Below, piece after piece: positions 13,440 through 24,700 of a stretch of 64,000 bases of DNA. The stretch spans positions 7,865,197-7,929,196 of the forward strand of contig OZ199838.1 in assembly GCA_964304625.1 (NCBI GenBank), in the 5' to 3' direction. The position numbers and the translations under genes are program-made. The notes beneath the pieces were generated by a model. That model saw only the letters and a list, made by a program, of their open reading frames with translations. It did not search any database and was not told the origin of the DNA. This stretch comes from Kudoa neothunni (lineage: Eukaryota; Animalia; Cnidaria). Numbering within the stretch: the stretch's first letter is position 1; every line of letters starts with the position of its first letter.

Positions 13440-16400
13440 ATCTTACTTGCCTTACAACACAGAGCCCGGATGTTCCAACGCAACCTTGGACTACTTTAAT
13501 TTCATTTCCTTATTCTTCTAAAACTTTCAAAGCCATCATTGACACCGGTTCTGCGTATACAATTATAAAGTCTTCAATTATACCAAAAAATTGCCCCTAT
13601 CAACCAACACATTTGAACTTGTATACGGCCTCTGGGTCTCCTATAAAAGTCATATCTTTAGTACCCGTAAATGTACAATGGGATAATAAATTTTCGCCCT
13701 TTGATGCCCTTGTTACCCCAACCCTGATTTATGATGCTATTATTGGTCGAGATTTTCTTAAGTCTACTGGTGCAAATGTATTCCATGATGGTGCTACCGA
13801 TGCAATAACTGCTAATGTGAATTTTTCGGATAACAATGCTAATACCAGTCTGAATAAGTTGGCAAATGATGTATTAGATGAATTCAAAACTGTATTCGCA
13901 ACAAGTGTCAACGATCTACTTACTGCAAAATCCATTTACCATACCATCGATACTGGCTATTCAAAACCAGTCGTAACCAAGCCATACAGACTGCCTTTAC
14001 ATTATAAAGATGAAATCACCAAGCAGGTAGAGGATGCCCTCCGCAATAATATAATCCGCCCATCAAGTAGTCCCTGGTGCTCTTCTGTAGTTTTGGTTCC
14101 AAAAAAAGATGGTAAGACTAGGATGTGCGTGGATTATCGCAAACTCAACAATATTACTCAGCGAGATGAATATCCACTCCCCAGACTGGAAGATACATTA
14201 GACGTGCTCTCTGGATCAACTATCTTCACCACACTTGACCTTCAGTGTGGATATTGGCAGATACCCGTCGCGGAAGAAGATATTCCCAAAACCGCGTTTT
14301 CTCCTGGGAATGGTCTTGGTCTTTTTGAATTTATCAAGATGCCATTTGGCTTGTCGAATGCTCCGGCAACATTCCAACGAGGAATGGATGCTATACTGAA
14401 AAATGTTCCTAATGCCATGGCGTATCTAGATGATATAATAATTTTCTCTCGAAATGTAACCGATCATACCAAGCATGTTAAAACAGTCCTGAGGATATTG
14501 CTTCGAGAGAATCTTCGTGTTAATCTTTCGAAGAGTAAGTTTTACCAAAATGAACTTAAGTATCTTGGCTTTATTATTTCGAAAAATGGCATCAAATGCG
14601 ATCCAGAGAAAATCGACTCTATCTTGAAGTGGAAAACTCCATCTAACAGGGACGATCTCAGAAGTTTTTTGGGCACAGTAAACTTTTTACATAAACATCT
14701 TGAAAATTTGGCTGACGTTTCCGCTCCTCTGACACAATTGCTAGAACGATCGCATCCTTTCTGTTGGAATGATCAATGCCAAAACCACTTCTTGAAGATC
14801 AAAGAGCTAGTTAAACAATCTCCTGAACTGTGTTTTCCAGACCTTTCAAAAACCTTCTCAATTGAAACTGATGCTTCCAACGTGGCCACAGGGGCCGTCC
14901 TGTTTCAAGAAACAAAAAGATGCATTGTTGCTTATACTAGTCACAAATTAAACAAAACCGAACAAAAGTATTCAACTATAGACAAGGAAGCATTGGCGAT
15001 CATCCATGCAATAAGAAAGTTCAGACCTTATTTACTCGGTTGCCGTTTTATTATCTATACAGACCACAACCCACTTGTATATCTAAAAAATTCTAAAGAT
15101 CCGCGTGGTCGCAGAGCTCGATGGATTTTGGAATTGGAGGAGTTCGATTTTGAAATTAAATATATTCAAGGGAAAAACAACCAATGCGCCGATGCTCTCT
15201 CTCGAAGTATTGCTATGATAACACCCAATATTGATATTAGTACATTGATGTCTGAACAAAAAACCGATCCCATGATTGTCCAAGTTAAAGAAGCTATAGA
15301 AAGTGGAAACGTCAGGAAATTGAAAAGCAAATCTGCGTGGCAACTCTGGCAAAGAAAACGAAATCTCAATATTGAAAATGGAATCCTTTATCATCAATCT
15401 AGAAACGGTAACCTTCCAATAGTCCCTAAGAAACTTCAAACTCATATGATCAACTGTATCCACCAGGAAACGGCACATTGCGGTGTGAATAAAACACTTA
15501 ACAAAATTCGAAAAACTTGTTATTGGACCAATATGGACGTTGATGTTGCTAACTTTGTGTCTAAATGTGAAACTTGCTACAAAATCAAAGGGGAAAACTC
15601 TAAGCCTAAAGCGCCCTTAATGCCGATACCTGTTACATCCCAAGCTTTCATGTGGCATGCCGACTTCATTGGTCCTCTGGAGCGAACTAAGTTGGGAAAT
15701 AGATATATTCTTCTATTTGTTGATCAATTCAGTAAATGGGTTGAAGCTTGCCCACTTCAAGTTATCGACGCCAAATCAACGGCGGATGCTTTAGTGAGCC
15801 TAATTGTATCGCGCCATGGAGTTCCTCAACGCATCCATACTGATCAAGGTAGTCAATTTGAATCTCGCTTATTTAATGATGTGTGCAAATCACTACAAAT
15901 AAACCACAGCCATTCAACAGCTTATCATCCTGAAGGGAATGGATTGGCAGAAAGACAAGTTCGCAATTTGAAAACAAAACTCAAATCTATTCTTTATGAA
16001 CAAGGCACGAGAGACTGGGATGAAATCCTTGATTATGCTCTTTTTGCCATCAGAACAACTATCTCATCGACTACTGGTTACACGCCAGCTTCATTAATTT
16101 ACGGTAGAGAGTTACGAACCCCAAGCCAAAATGTTTTTGTTTCAGAGAAAACATCGAATTCCGATATTCATACTTATGCTAAAGAGTTAGAGAAAAGATT
16201 AAGAGTATTATCAAAATCAGCCTTATCAAACATTAAGCAATCACAACTGAGACAGTGCAAATATTACAATCGGAACTGCCGCCTAAAGTCACACCCGATT
16301 GGAGATTATGTTTTAATCAAAAAAAGAAAAGTAACATCATTATCACCGAAATATGAAGGACCTTACAGAATTATCAAAAGAAATGGATTGGTATACACTG

Positions 16401-16624
16401 TTCAAGATTCTGATGATAAATTGCTAAACGTACACTTCAATGATACTATTAGAACCTCGAAACCATTTAATAAGATTATGCCACCTCCTAAATCCTCCGG
16501 CTATTCAAACCATCCAATAAAGAATCCAACTACAATAACCTCAAGTGGTAGAGCAATATTATTACCGTCAAAATATGATGGTTTTCAAACTTATGGAGGG
16601 GAGGAATGTAGCGTACCAACTTAA
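13370..16624 (+). CDS. pol: pol polyprotein (protease, RT, RNase H, integrase), in the -1 frame relative to gag
   Basis: 1,084-codon open frame with IIDTGS, LDLQCGYWQ, YLDD, TDAS, TDH, HHCC zinc finger, HADFIGP, HTDQGSQF and EGNGLAER. The stop lies inside the 3' LTR. Confidence 0.95.
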   Translation: MPKLFGKLKRGNWRSKTVPPTTLDLTCLTTQSPDVPTQPWTTLISFPYSSKTFKAIIDTGSAYTIIKSSIIPKNCPYQPTHLNLYTASGSPIKVISLVPVNVQWDNKFSPFDALVTPTLIYDAIIGRDFLKSTGANVFHDGATDAITANVNFSDNNANTSLNKLANDVLDEFKTVFATSVNDLLTAKSIYHTIDTGYSKPVVTKPYRLPLHYKDEITKQVEDALRNNIIRPSSSPWCSSVVLVPKKDGKTRMCVDYRKLNNITQRDEYPLPRLEDTLDVLSGSTIFTTLDLQCGYWQIPVAEEDIPKTAFSPGNGLGLFEFIKMPFGLSNAPATFQRGMDAILKNVPNAMAYLDDIIIFSRNVTDHTKHVKTVLRILLRENLRVNLSKSKFYQNELKYLGFIISKNGIKCDPEKIDSILKWKTPSNRDDLRSFLGTVNFLHKHLENLADVSAPLTQLLERSHPFCWNDQCQNHFLKIKELVKQSPELCFPDLSKTFSIETDASNVATGAVLFQETKRCIVAYTSHKLNKTEQKYSTIDKEALAIIHAIRKFRPYLLGCRFIIYTDHNPLVYLKNSKDPRGRRARWILELEEFDFEIKYIQGKNNQCADALSRSIAMITPNIDISTLMSEQKTDPMIVQVKEAIESGNVRKLKSKSAWQLWQRKRNLNIENGILYHQSRNGNLPIVPKKLQTHMINCIHQETAHCGVNKTLNKIRKTCYWTNMDVDVANFVSKCETCYKIKGENSKPKAPLMPIPVTSQAFMWHADFIGPLERTKLGNRYILLFVDQFSKWVEACPLQVIDAKSTADALVSLIVSRHGVPQRIHTDQGSQFESRLFNDVCKSLQINHSHSTAYHPEGNGLAERQVRNLKTKLKSILYEQGTRDWDEILDYALFAIRTTISSTTGYTPASLIYGRELRTPSQNVFVSEKTSNSDIHTYAKELEKRLRVLSKSALSNIKQSQLRQCKYYNRNCRLKSHPIGDYVLIKKRKVTSLSPKYEGPYRIIKRNGLVYTVQDSDDKLLNVHFNDTIRTSKPFNKIMPPPKSSGYSNHPIKNPTTITSSGRAILLPSKYDGFQTYGGEECSVPT
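13385..13428 (+). promoter_or_regulatory. Putative -1 programmed ribosomal frameshift signal
   Basis: G GGA AAC heptamer in the gag frame (13385-13391), 6-nt spacer, then stem GGGGGAAC (13398-13405) / GTTCCCCC (13421-13428). Confidence 0.8.
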
Positions 16625-16703
16625 CCGGCAGCAGCCGGTTGATGATCGGATTATTTTTGCTTTGATAAAAGGGGTTTTTTATTAGCGCAAAATACATATT
16701 ACA
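16607..16703 (+). repeat. 3' LTR (97 bp)
   Basis: Direct repeat of 12549-12644, preceded by the PPT and followed by TSD AGCGA. Confidence 0.95.
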
Positions 16704-17768
16704 AGCGATTATTCCATTTTTTAACAATTCTTGAAAAAAGGGAACAGAAGAAAACCAGTTATCTAAAGTTATGTTTCTGGCAGAACCCAAAATTGGTTGT
16801 GCTAGACGCATAACTACACTTTGAGCAGAATTATTCACGTTACTCTGAGCACCCACATAAACTTCTACGTTTAAAGTATAAATGTCTTTGAATCTGTCAT
16901 ATTGAATATTTTAAGAATTTTGTTTTGACGTCATTGAAAACATCTTTAATTTTTTCAAATTTATGATGAGCAGAGTCTGGCAAATTTCCCGCATAATGTA
17001 GACATCTTTCCAATAATTTGAACCTATTAAAACTGAAAACCTTTTTGCATAATGGAATGCCGAAGACATCATCTTCCTAGAGTTCATTCATGTCGGTTAA
17101 ATTTGCCTTTTTTATTGCAAGAAAATAATGCAAGCCATTGAATGCTTTTAAATCACATAGATCAAATTCCGTGCAATCACGTTCTCGTTTGAAATTTGAC
17201 TTAATGTTTTTTAAATGGTTGTTAGTGTGATAAAATATATTATTTAATATTGCAGCTGTAATAAATAAGCTCTAGATTTGAGATTCTGAGTTAATATTAT
17301 CAGGAATGAGTATTTGATTTTTTTCGTTTAAGATATCGTGTTTCCTCTTTTTAGAAAATAATCCAACTGGATTAGCTGACTATTCAAAGTTATTTCCATA
17401 AAATTTATCTTTATTTTCATCAGAAGTTTCCAAAGTTGAGTAATTTTTAGATATATCGGGTTCTTCTATATCCTTAAATGATTCAGAACTCGAATTATCT
17501 TTTTATCTAATACCAAATCATCATTACGTGAGTCTTCGCTATGGGACTCTAGATCGGATAGATAAGAGTTGTTGTTATCACCGTCAAGAAATTTTCTTAA
17601 ATCCATCTAAGTTGGCAGAAAAGTTAAATAAACACAAATATGCGAATAGAACTGACCGTTTAGAACTAAGTTAGTTAAAACCAGAAATATCAGGAACGAA
17701 AATTCACGTGAGGTCCATTGGACCCCATGCGTGCCACGGAGGGTTAATATGGTTTTACAAACGAAATA

Positions 17769-19223
17769 TAGGGTTTCTCATTTATACTCGGCATTTTTGC
17801 ATTTAATCTCGGCACGTCTGCAATTTAAATTAAGCGTATTCGCGTTTAGCCTTTAAATTTGTGTGAATGCGTAGAAATCATGAACCGGAGAAAAAAATAT
17901 GTATTATATTTATTCCAATAACCTCAATAAAATTATTATTCTAGAATAATTTCACCTCTAGAAGACCTGGTGACGTAACCCAACATTTTGCGATAGAAAC
18001 CGTCATAATGTTGGGATGTGATTTCTTGGAACCACTCTTTTATCGCACTCTTCAACTCGTTTTCATTTTGACAGTGCCTGCGGATAACTAGATTTTTCCA
18101 AACAGAGAATACATTCTCTATTGGATTCAGAAATGGACTATACGGAGGTAAATATCTTATCGTGAATTTTTGTTGAAGGATTAATTCTTTTAGTCCCTTA
18201 TAATGATGTATTTTCGCATTGTCCATAACGAAAACAGGATTATCAATACCACTTGATACACAGTTGGATGTTAGTTCCTGTAGACAAATTTTAAAATCCT
18301 CACCTGAAACCGCTCGCTCGTGTATCTTACTATATATGGTGCCTTTTTTGTTGATTGCAGCAACTACAGATATGTTTCTGCTTTTTGCTGCAGAAACAAA
18401 ACAATATGCAGAAGTTCCTCTCAAAGAGTGACCTCTTTTAGGTCTTGTGACCACTGAAAATCCGACCTCGTCGAGAAACACAATACTTTCATGTGGTACA
18501 TTGGTTTCTAAGTCTCTGAACATCTCAGCATATTCAATTCTCTCTCGAAGCGTCGTCTCACAATTTCTTCTCTCGGGGACCCCTACGAGGGATTTTAAAG
18601 TGTAATGAAATTTGCTGATAACTCTGTCCATCGTGCTTAGGGACACTGTTATTCCAAACTCGTCGTTAACTTTTTGTTTGAGTTCTTTCAACGTAATTTG
18701 AGAGTTGTCGTCCACCCAACTGATAATATTTGCCTTCTGATCAGGAGAGAGGAGTGAAGGTCTTTTTCCGCTTCTAGATTTTGCATCTAGTGTTCCGGTT
18801 TCGCGAAACTTTGATAATATGGACCACACGGTGGATCTTGGTAGATACATTTCGGAAGCAATGTAAGTATCACTTCTTCCACTTAAACAGAAATTAAACA
18901 TTTGTTCTCTTAAGTCGGAAGAAATAGTTTTTCGCAGCTTTCTTTTTTCTTTGTGTGTTGGTATATTAGAAATTTCGATATCATCGGATATGGAGCTCTC
19001 AGATTCAACGATATGATCTTTGTTATTAGGGTTCATCTAGTGAATTCAATCTCTTAATAATATAAAAATAATTTAACAAAAAAAACTTTTTTCAACTAAC
19101 GCGAGATATTAAAAAATTTGAATACTACTGTTGAGGTGCTGAGATTAATTGCAAACGTGCTGGGATTAAATGCAAACTGCCGAGATTAAGTGCAAAACTG
19201 CCGAGTATAAATGAGAAACCCTA
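17769..19223 (-). mobile_element. Apparently intact Tc1/IS630-type DD34E transposon (1,455 bp)
   Basis: TA on both sides. TIR TAGGGTTTCTCATTTATACTCGGCA (25 bp perfect, about 46 bp with 2 mismatches). Single uninterrupted ORF. Confidence 0.95.
17936..19036 (-). CDS. Tc1/IS630-family transposase, 366 aa, DD34E
   Basis: N-terminal HTH region; IVFLDEVGFS; VMDNAKIH followed after 34 residues by the E of YSPFLNPIE. Confidence 0.95.
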   Translation of the reverse strand: MNPNNKDHIVESESSISDDIEISNIPTHKEKRKLRKTISSDLREQMFNFCLSGRSDTYIASEMYLPRSTVWSILSKFRETGTLDAKSRSGKRPSLLSPDQKANIISWVDDNSQITLKELKQKVNDEFGITVSLSTMDRVISKFHYTLKSLVGVPERRNCETTLRERIEYAEMFRDLETNVPHESIVFLDEVGFSVVTRPKRGHSLRGTSAYCFVSAAKSRNISVVAAINKKGTIYSKIHERAVSGEDFKICLQELTSNCVSSGIDNPVFVMDNAKIHHYKGLKELILQQKFTIRYLPPYSPFLNPIENVFSVWKNLVIRRHCQNENELKSAIKEWFQEITSQHYDGFYRKMLGYVTRSSRGEIILE

Positions 19224-19264
19224 TAATTGTGACGAGATGGGTCTAAGAATAAGGCAATTATCAA

Positions 19265-19483
19265 TTAAGCTGTATCATGGTCGAGTGAAGAGACGATATG
19301 ATGATATTTGGCGTCATCAACTTTGATATTACAAAGCGCAAATTGTGTTTCGGCTTGTAAGAACCAAATGGCAGGCTGTGATGTCCAAAATTGAGAACTT
19401 TTCACGGATGTCACATCTGCTGAGTATGACTTGTCGTTTTGATTGTTATTTCGAAAAATTTTATGAGGCCACCAATGGAACAC
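19265..19483 (-). pseudogene. Ty3/gypsy gag N-terminal remnant with PBS-like TGGTGGCCTC
   Basis: VKSSQFWTSQPAIWFLQAETQFAL..I..D..KYHHIVSSLD matches the common animal gypsy gag N-terminus (FW...P..WF.Q.E.QF). A CA-T-TGG junction is at about 19470. Confidence 0.7.
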
Positions 19484-20580
19484 AAAAAATTGAAAGTTAG
19501 TGTATAACTGAACAGTAAGACTAGTCTCGTTGTTAATCCGGAGCTCATGAGATTAACCGCCACATATGTTTATTACAAATGTAAACTTTATTTCTTTTTT
19601 TAACAATTCTAGTTATTCAATTTAATTATTAAAGACCAATAAATGTTATTGAATTTTTATTATAATTAGATGTGTTATTGGATAATTAAGATAAAATTTA
19701 ATTAAAATCATACATAATTTAAACTAATAATCTAAGCGTGTATACGTCATAGCATCGATATGGGTACCGATGAGAACTAAAAATTCCAATAACTCGTACT
19801 GGTCGGAAAAAATGGTATCGGTGCAATCTTTCGTTTAATTATCGTCATATACCCAGGACAAGCGATGACAATAATTAAATTATCAAAAGTCTTACGATTT
19901 TTTATACAAAAAACAAAATTCCAACTGCAGTAATCATTGCCAATATTGGCGATCTCCAACTATTTAGAAGTCTGGAGATTGTCCGGGTCAATTCACGGCG
20001 TTGATATTTAAGCCGTCTGAGATATCTGATATTGTGAGGACTGAACATGATTGATGCTTACTTTTGGTTCTTTGATAACCAATCCGGCCTTTGAGTGTTA
20101 TGGAATCGTTATAGTAGCGGATCTCATTTTTTGCTGTTGGTCATTTATATTCTCTATATTATTAGAAAATTGGGTTATAATTTCATATATAAATTGATTT
20201 CACAACTTCCACAAATAATCTGCGTTTGAAAGAAGGGACCCTTGACTATTATTCGTGGTAATATCTATGCATAGAATATAGAGCAATATTCTCATTACGA
20301 ACATTAAGTTTTTGCCATGGAAATTAATTTCAAACACGCTAAAGGTGTTATCTAGGTAGAACAACTATTGTTATTCTAATAATGATTTAACAAATGTGAA
20401 TTATGCTAAAAAGTGGATTGAGAACTAAATTTGTTAATTTTAACTAGCGAAACATATTGAAATTCTTTATGAATAGGTTACGGGCTGAGTTGATATGAAC
20501 CCAATTTATAATGCTTAGTCAATAGCCACATTAAACGGTAGAACCCCGTAAGTCGAATTTGAGAAAAGTTTATTTTTGTG

Positions 20581-21782
20581 ATGAGCTTGGAACGTCATAT
20601 ACTGGAAATTGATCCAGATAATATAAGCCGCTATTCAAGACCTAGTTACGATGTTGCCAAAACGATCAGAGTCATTGACAATAAAGCCAAAAATCCTGTA
20701 CACGCTGGAGCTACAACAAGTTTTTTTTATTTGCGTATAAATGGATAAGATTTCTTAGCCTGTGTGGATGATGAGCATATCGACAAAGTTAAAGATAGGA
20801 TAAAGAGACTGAAGAGGCTTTATTTCGTCCCAAATAATTTTTTTAAAAAGGATAAAAGTTTGTTCTTGTTCTGCAAAAATAATTTGTTGAGAAAATACGT
20901 TACAGTTTTATTAAACTCAAATGTAATATAATTATATTGCGTTTGTATCTTATATTAAAAAAATTTAGGGATTTAAAACCAATATTTTTCTAACGATCAT
21001 AGCCAATCTAATAACGGCTGTCATAAAAACACAATCAAACTATAACGACACTACAAAATATATTACAATTGTGGTAACGAGAAAATTATTGTAAAATTTA
21101 TAATTATATGAATTTAGGATGGCTTAAGTGATTATTTTACTTACATATATCTGTTTGAAGTTTTTTTAAAAATGATTTCCTTGGGTGCTATTTGGGGTAA
21201 AAATACATATCTTAGAGACCCTTTGAATATTCTGGATTTTTTGGCAACTATAATTGGGTGCTTAGTTTGTATTTTATAACGATTATAATTTTTTTAGTGT
21301 TTTAAAACTGAAATACATTAACTTGTTGAAAAACAATACTATTTTTGAATCTGCAGTTGTTCTAAGGGTACTACGCCCTATTAGTTTTCTTAATTCGTTC
21401 CAAAGTATCAAAGTTTTATTTAATTGGAGTGTATGATATTTTAGACGTCAGTATACTTGTAGAAACATTCAGTTTGATATGGAAAAACGTCTTAACCATA
21501 TTGTTCATTTATTTAATGGTCTTGATAACTTTAGCATTAGTTGGAAGAAGCATTTATGACTTAAACCGACACATGTTTACATCTACAAATGCTTCAGTAC
21601 ATATTAACAATGATAAATGTAACGAAAAGAGTATCCCTAACTCTATCTTGGCCAAAGATTGTATACAAACATTAAACAACTCGAGATTTGGATACGACAT
21701 GAAATTCGGAAATTTTTACGACTCATTGATGACCGTACTAATTATCTCTTCTTCCCATCACTGGAAAGAAAATTATAATAAG
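20581..21782 (+). CDS. Cav-like gene exons 1-6 (N-terminus, domain I S1-S5 and pore loop)
   Basis: Introns of 39, 46, 44, 40 and 40 nt. Translation includes FEVFLKMISLG, YLRDPLNILDF, LRVLRP and FGNFYDSLMTVLIISSSHHW. Confidence 0.88.
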
Positions 21783-24700
21783 GTAATTTTTTATCGCGAA
21801 TTAATAATTTTATTTTGGTAAAATCATCTTGTGCATTTCAGAAACAAAAAATATATATTACGCAGAATTTTTTTTATCCTTTTATAAAGTCTTGCTTTTA
21901 ATTAATTCATAAATGGTGATAGTTATTGTATGATAAATATAGCTAACCAATGATACTTACGTTCAAATAATTTTTTTGACATTACAATAGATTTAAAAAA
22001 ATTTGTATGAGATAAATATACATTACTATAATCATGAGTCAATAAGAAGTAATATAAATGGGAATCTATAATAGATTCATAATAGCAATGTTTCAGCGCT
22101 GTATCGCTAATTAAAATTTAAATGCGCTACAGAAATATGAGCATAAAACTTTATCTTACAACCATTTTAATCATTAGGAGATATTTCTTGAATTCTAATG
22201 TGCATTAAACATATATAAATAATACTTATTTCAATTTGAAATATTAAATTAGATCATTTACAGCTATTACTAACCTCTTTAATTAAAATCATCTTTTATA
22301 AATTACTGATCAAAAATATTTTATTATCTTTGAAAAAAAAATCCGTTATACGTATCATAAAACTATTAATGTGAATAATAAATAATGGATACATTTACTT
22401 TTGAAGTTATTGTGCTCTAATAAATTATTTAAATGCCAAAACATAAATTTAATGTAAATTAAGAGCTCTCTTTAATTTTTTACAATAGGAATATTAAATA
22501 TAAAGCAATAACTTATATTAATAGTTATTACGTTCCTAAATATTTATTTATGGGAGAGGGATAACTTTAAAAAATGCTTCAATAATTTTTAAATGCTAGT
22601 GCGAAATATAAGGAAAGAAACACACGCTTCCATAGTTGAAATATGCGCTGGCTATTGTTTTCGTTAAATCCATATAGCTTTGTTAATTTCTTCAAGGTAT
22701 TTCATTCATTGTATTAACACATTCCTAAAATCCCTAGATAAAAAAACTTATCCAGTCACTAGCGCTAATGCCCAGCTTTGCCTGGCACTATATGATGGAA
22801 AATTTTAACTTTAAATTTTATTTTTGAATGGAGAAATTTTACGGAAGGTTTAATCTAGTTAGCACGTTAAACCCTGCAAATTTTATTTTTCTATTTAAAT
22901 GGTTTCATTTTAAAACTTGTCATTATTTTTGCAATGTGATGATTTAGAAAAAAAAAATTTTGCGCGCACTTTCCATTCAAATATAAACAGAGGTATGGGG
23001 AGAAATTAATGAGTAATTTTAAGTTTATTTTACAAATTATTGATAAAAAATATAATCACCTCAATTTATGAGCGATTTAATTAACGGTTAAAGTTCATTT
23101 ATTTATTAAACAAAATCATTAAGTAATTTAAGTAGGACTTTCGAATCTTTCCAAAATCTTACGATACAAATTAATCCTTCTAGTTATAAAATTTATTATT
23201 AGTCTACAAACGATAAAAAAATAAAATCGACCTAGGGTGCGTCAGAAATAAAAATATTAATTATTACTCCTTTTTTTTGCAATTTTATAATGGATGTTAA
23301 TTAGGTTTTAATAATCTGTGAGTGTTAACTTACGTATTCACTATTTTAGCATATTTTCCCGATTTTTAAATAAATGAAACCTTTTTTTTTAACAAAAATA
23401 CTTGCTGGTTTAAAAATATACAAATTTAATTATCAAAATACGATTAAATCTAAAATGTAAAGGCGTTTTTGATGTGGAAAATTACAGTAATGCTTAAATA
23501 TCAACTGGGTTTCTCAAAGGAGTGCATCCTTTTAAAAATAAACGTACTGTTTGATTGTCCTAAAAAATTCCTTTGTATTTAACTTTTCTTAGATTAACGA
23601 AAACTTTGTGAATATATCGGTTAGAACAAATAAACCAATAATTTCCTGTTAACTTACATGGCACATATTGAGAGGGGACTGTATTTTGTGCAAAAGTAAT
23701 CGTGAATATAAATTCTTAAACCACGTATAAAATGAGGTGTCGTATACTTTCATGCAGCTTTTATATCATAATGAATTAGTGCGAGCCTAAAGAAAACAGT
23801 ATATTGATTTGAATATTAACCTTAAGGTCTGGGGGTAAGGAATAATTAGGTTACTACGAACTTAAACATTTAAAAAATTGTCTCATCGAACTTAGAAACT
23901 TATCGAATTAGTGATGCCAACCATTTTTCAAGAAAGTTTAGGAAAACAAAATAATGAGTAAAAACTTATCGAAATGAATATAATTTCAATCTCAATCGAT
24001 ATATTTGATAAAATGAAATTTTCACATCTCAGAAATTCCAATGGAGCATAATTTTCATTTAAGAAGTTATCACAAAAATTTAATTATTTGAAAACACTAC
24101 ACATACCTACATCGCTTTTAGAATGTGTATAGACTCAAATTATTTCAACGTGACAACAACTTGTAATCTCAAATTATATGTTTTATTTAAAATGATTCTA
24201 ACATTTTTCGCTTAGCTATATCCATAATACTTGAAAAATGAAAATACATATTAAATAATTTGGTTACGCTTCGAATTTTAAGGGAAATTCTCCATCTCTT
24301 GTAAATATGGCTTTAATGGCAATATCTGTCTTAAAATTACTCCAAACAGGCATATGTAACATTTTTGAAACATTGTATACCAAAATTAACGGATTTACCT
24401 GGTATATCGCGAGTAAAAATTCATTTAATTGATTATCACTTTGAAGTAAACAACATCAATATTATTCAGGTATATTTAATCTGTTTATTGATATAGGAAA
24501 CCAGAAGATTTCTTACTTCTGATAACGATATTGATTATGTTTATACTTCTAAGTAAATGGAAGATTTACACCCTCCGAGTAAAATTGGAGTATTTTTACA
24601 TCCCATATTCTTTTTAAACCAAACGATTAAATATTCAAAAATAATTATTTTTGAAAATTTTGAAGAATTTTAATCGATTAAATTTGAAATTATAGACCAA

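Larger units (their letters stand above)
12549..16703 (+). mobile_element. Full-length compact Ty3/gypsy LTR retrotransposon (4,155 bp)
   Basis: 5-bp TSD AGCGA (12544-12548, 16704-16708). TG..CA LTRs of 96 and 97 bp with 2 differences. PBS TGGTGCCGAA at 12646 (tRNA-Phe-like). PPT GGAGGGGAGGAA at 16595-16606. gag and pol ORFs present. Confidence 0.97.
11791..17743 (-). mobile_element. piggyBac element (internally deleted, about 1.8 kb net) hosting a gypsy insertion
   Basis: TTAA target duplications at 11787-11790 and 17744-17747. TIR CCCTCCGTGGCACGC. Subterminal inverted repeat with a GGGGTCCAnTGGACCCC palindrome at about 11827-11853 and 17707-17733. Transposase fragments (NITLDNWFSS; YNSTKGGVD) on the minus strand. 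Confidence 0.92.

Noticed and set aside
5487-18431. Short ORF-track entries antisense or out of frame to transposon genes (e.g. 5487-5738, 5831-6172, 7634-7849, 13729-13935, 15083-15478, 18219-18431)
   Set aside because: These are shadow ORFs of real coding regions with no independent motifs.
19777-20220. Possible small minus-strand gene upstream of the Cav start
   Set aside because: Short frames with stops, no recognisable domain, and no consistent splice pattern.
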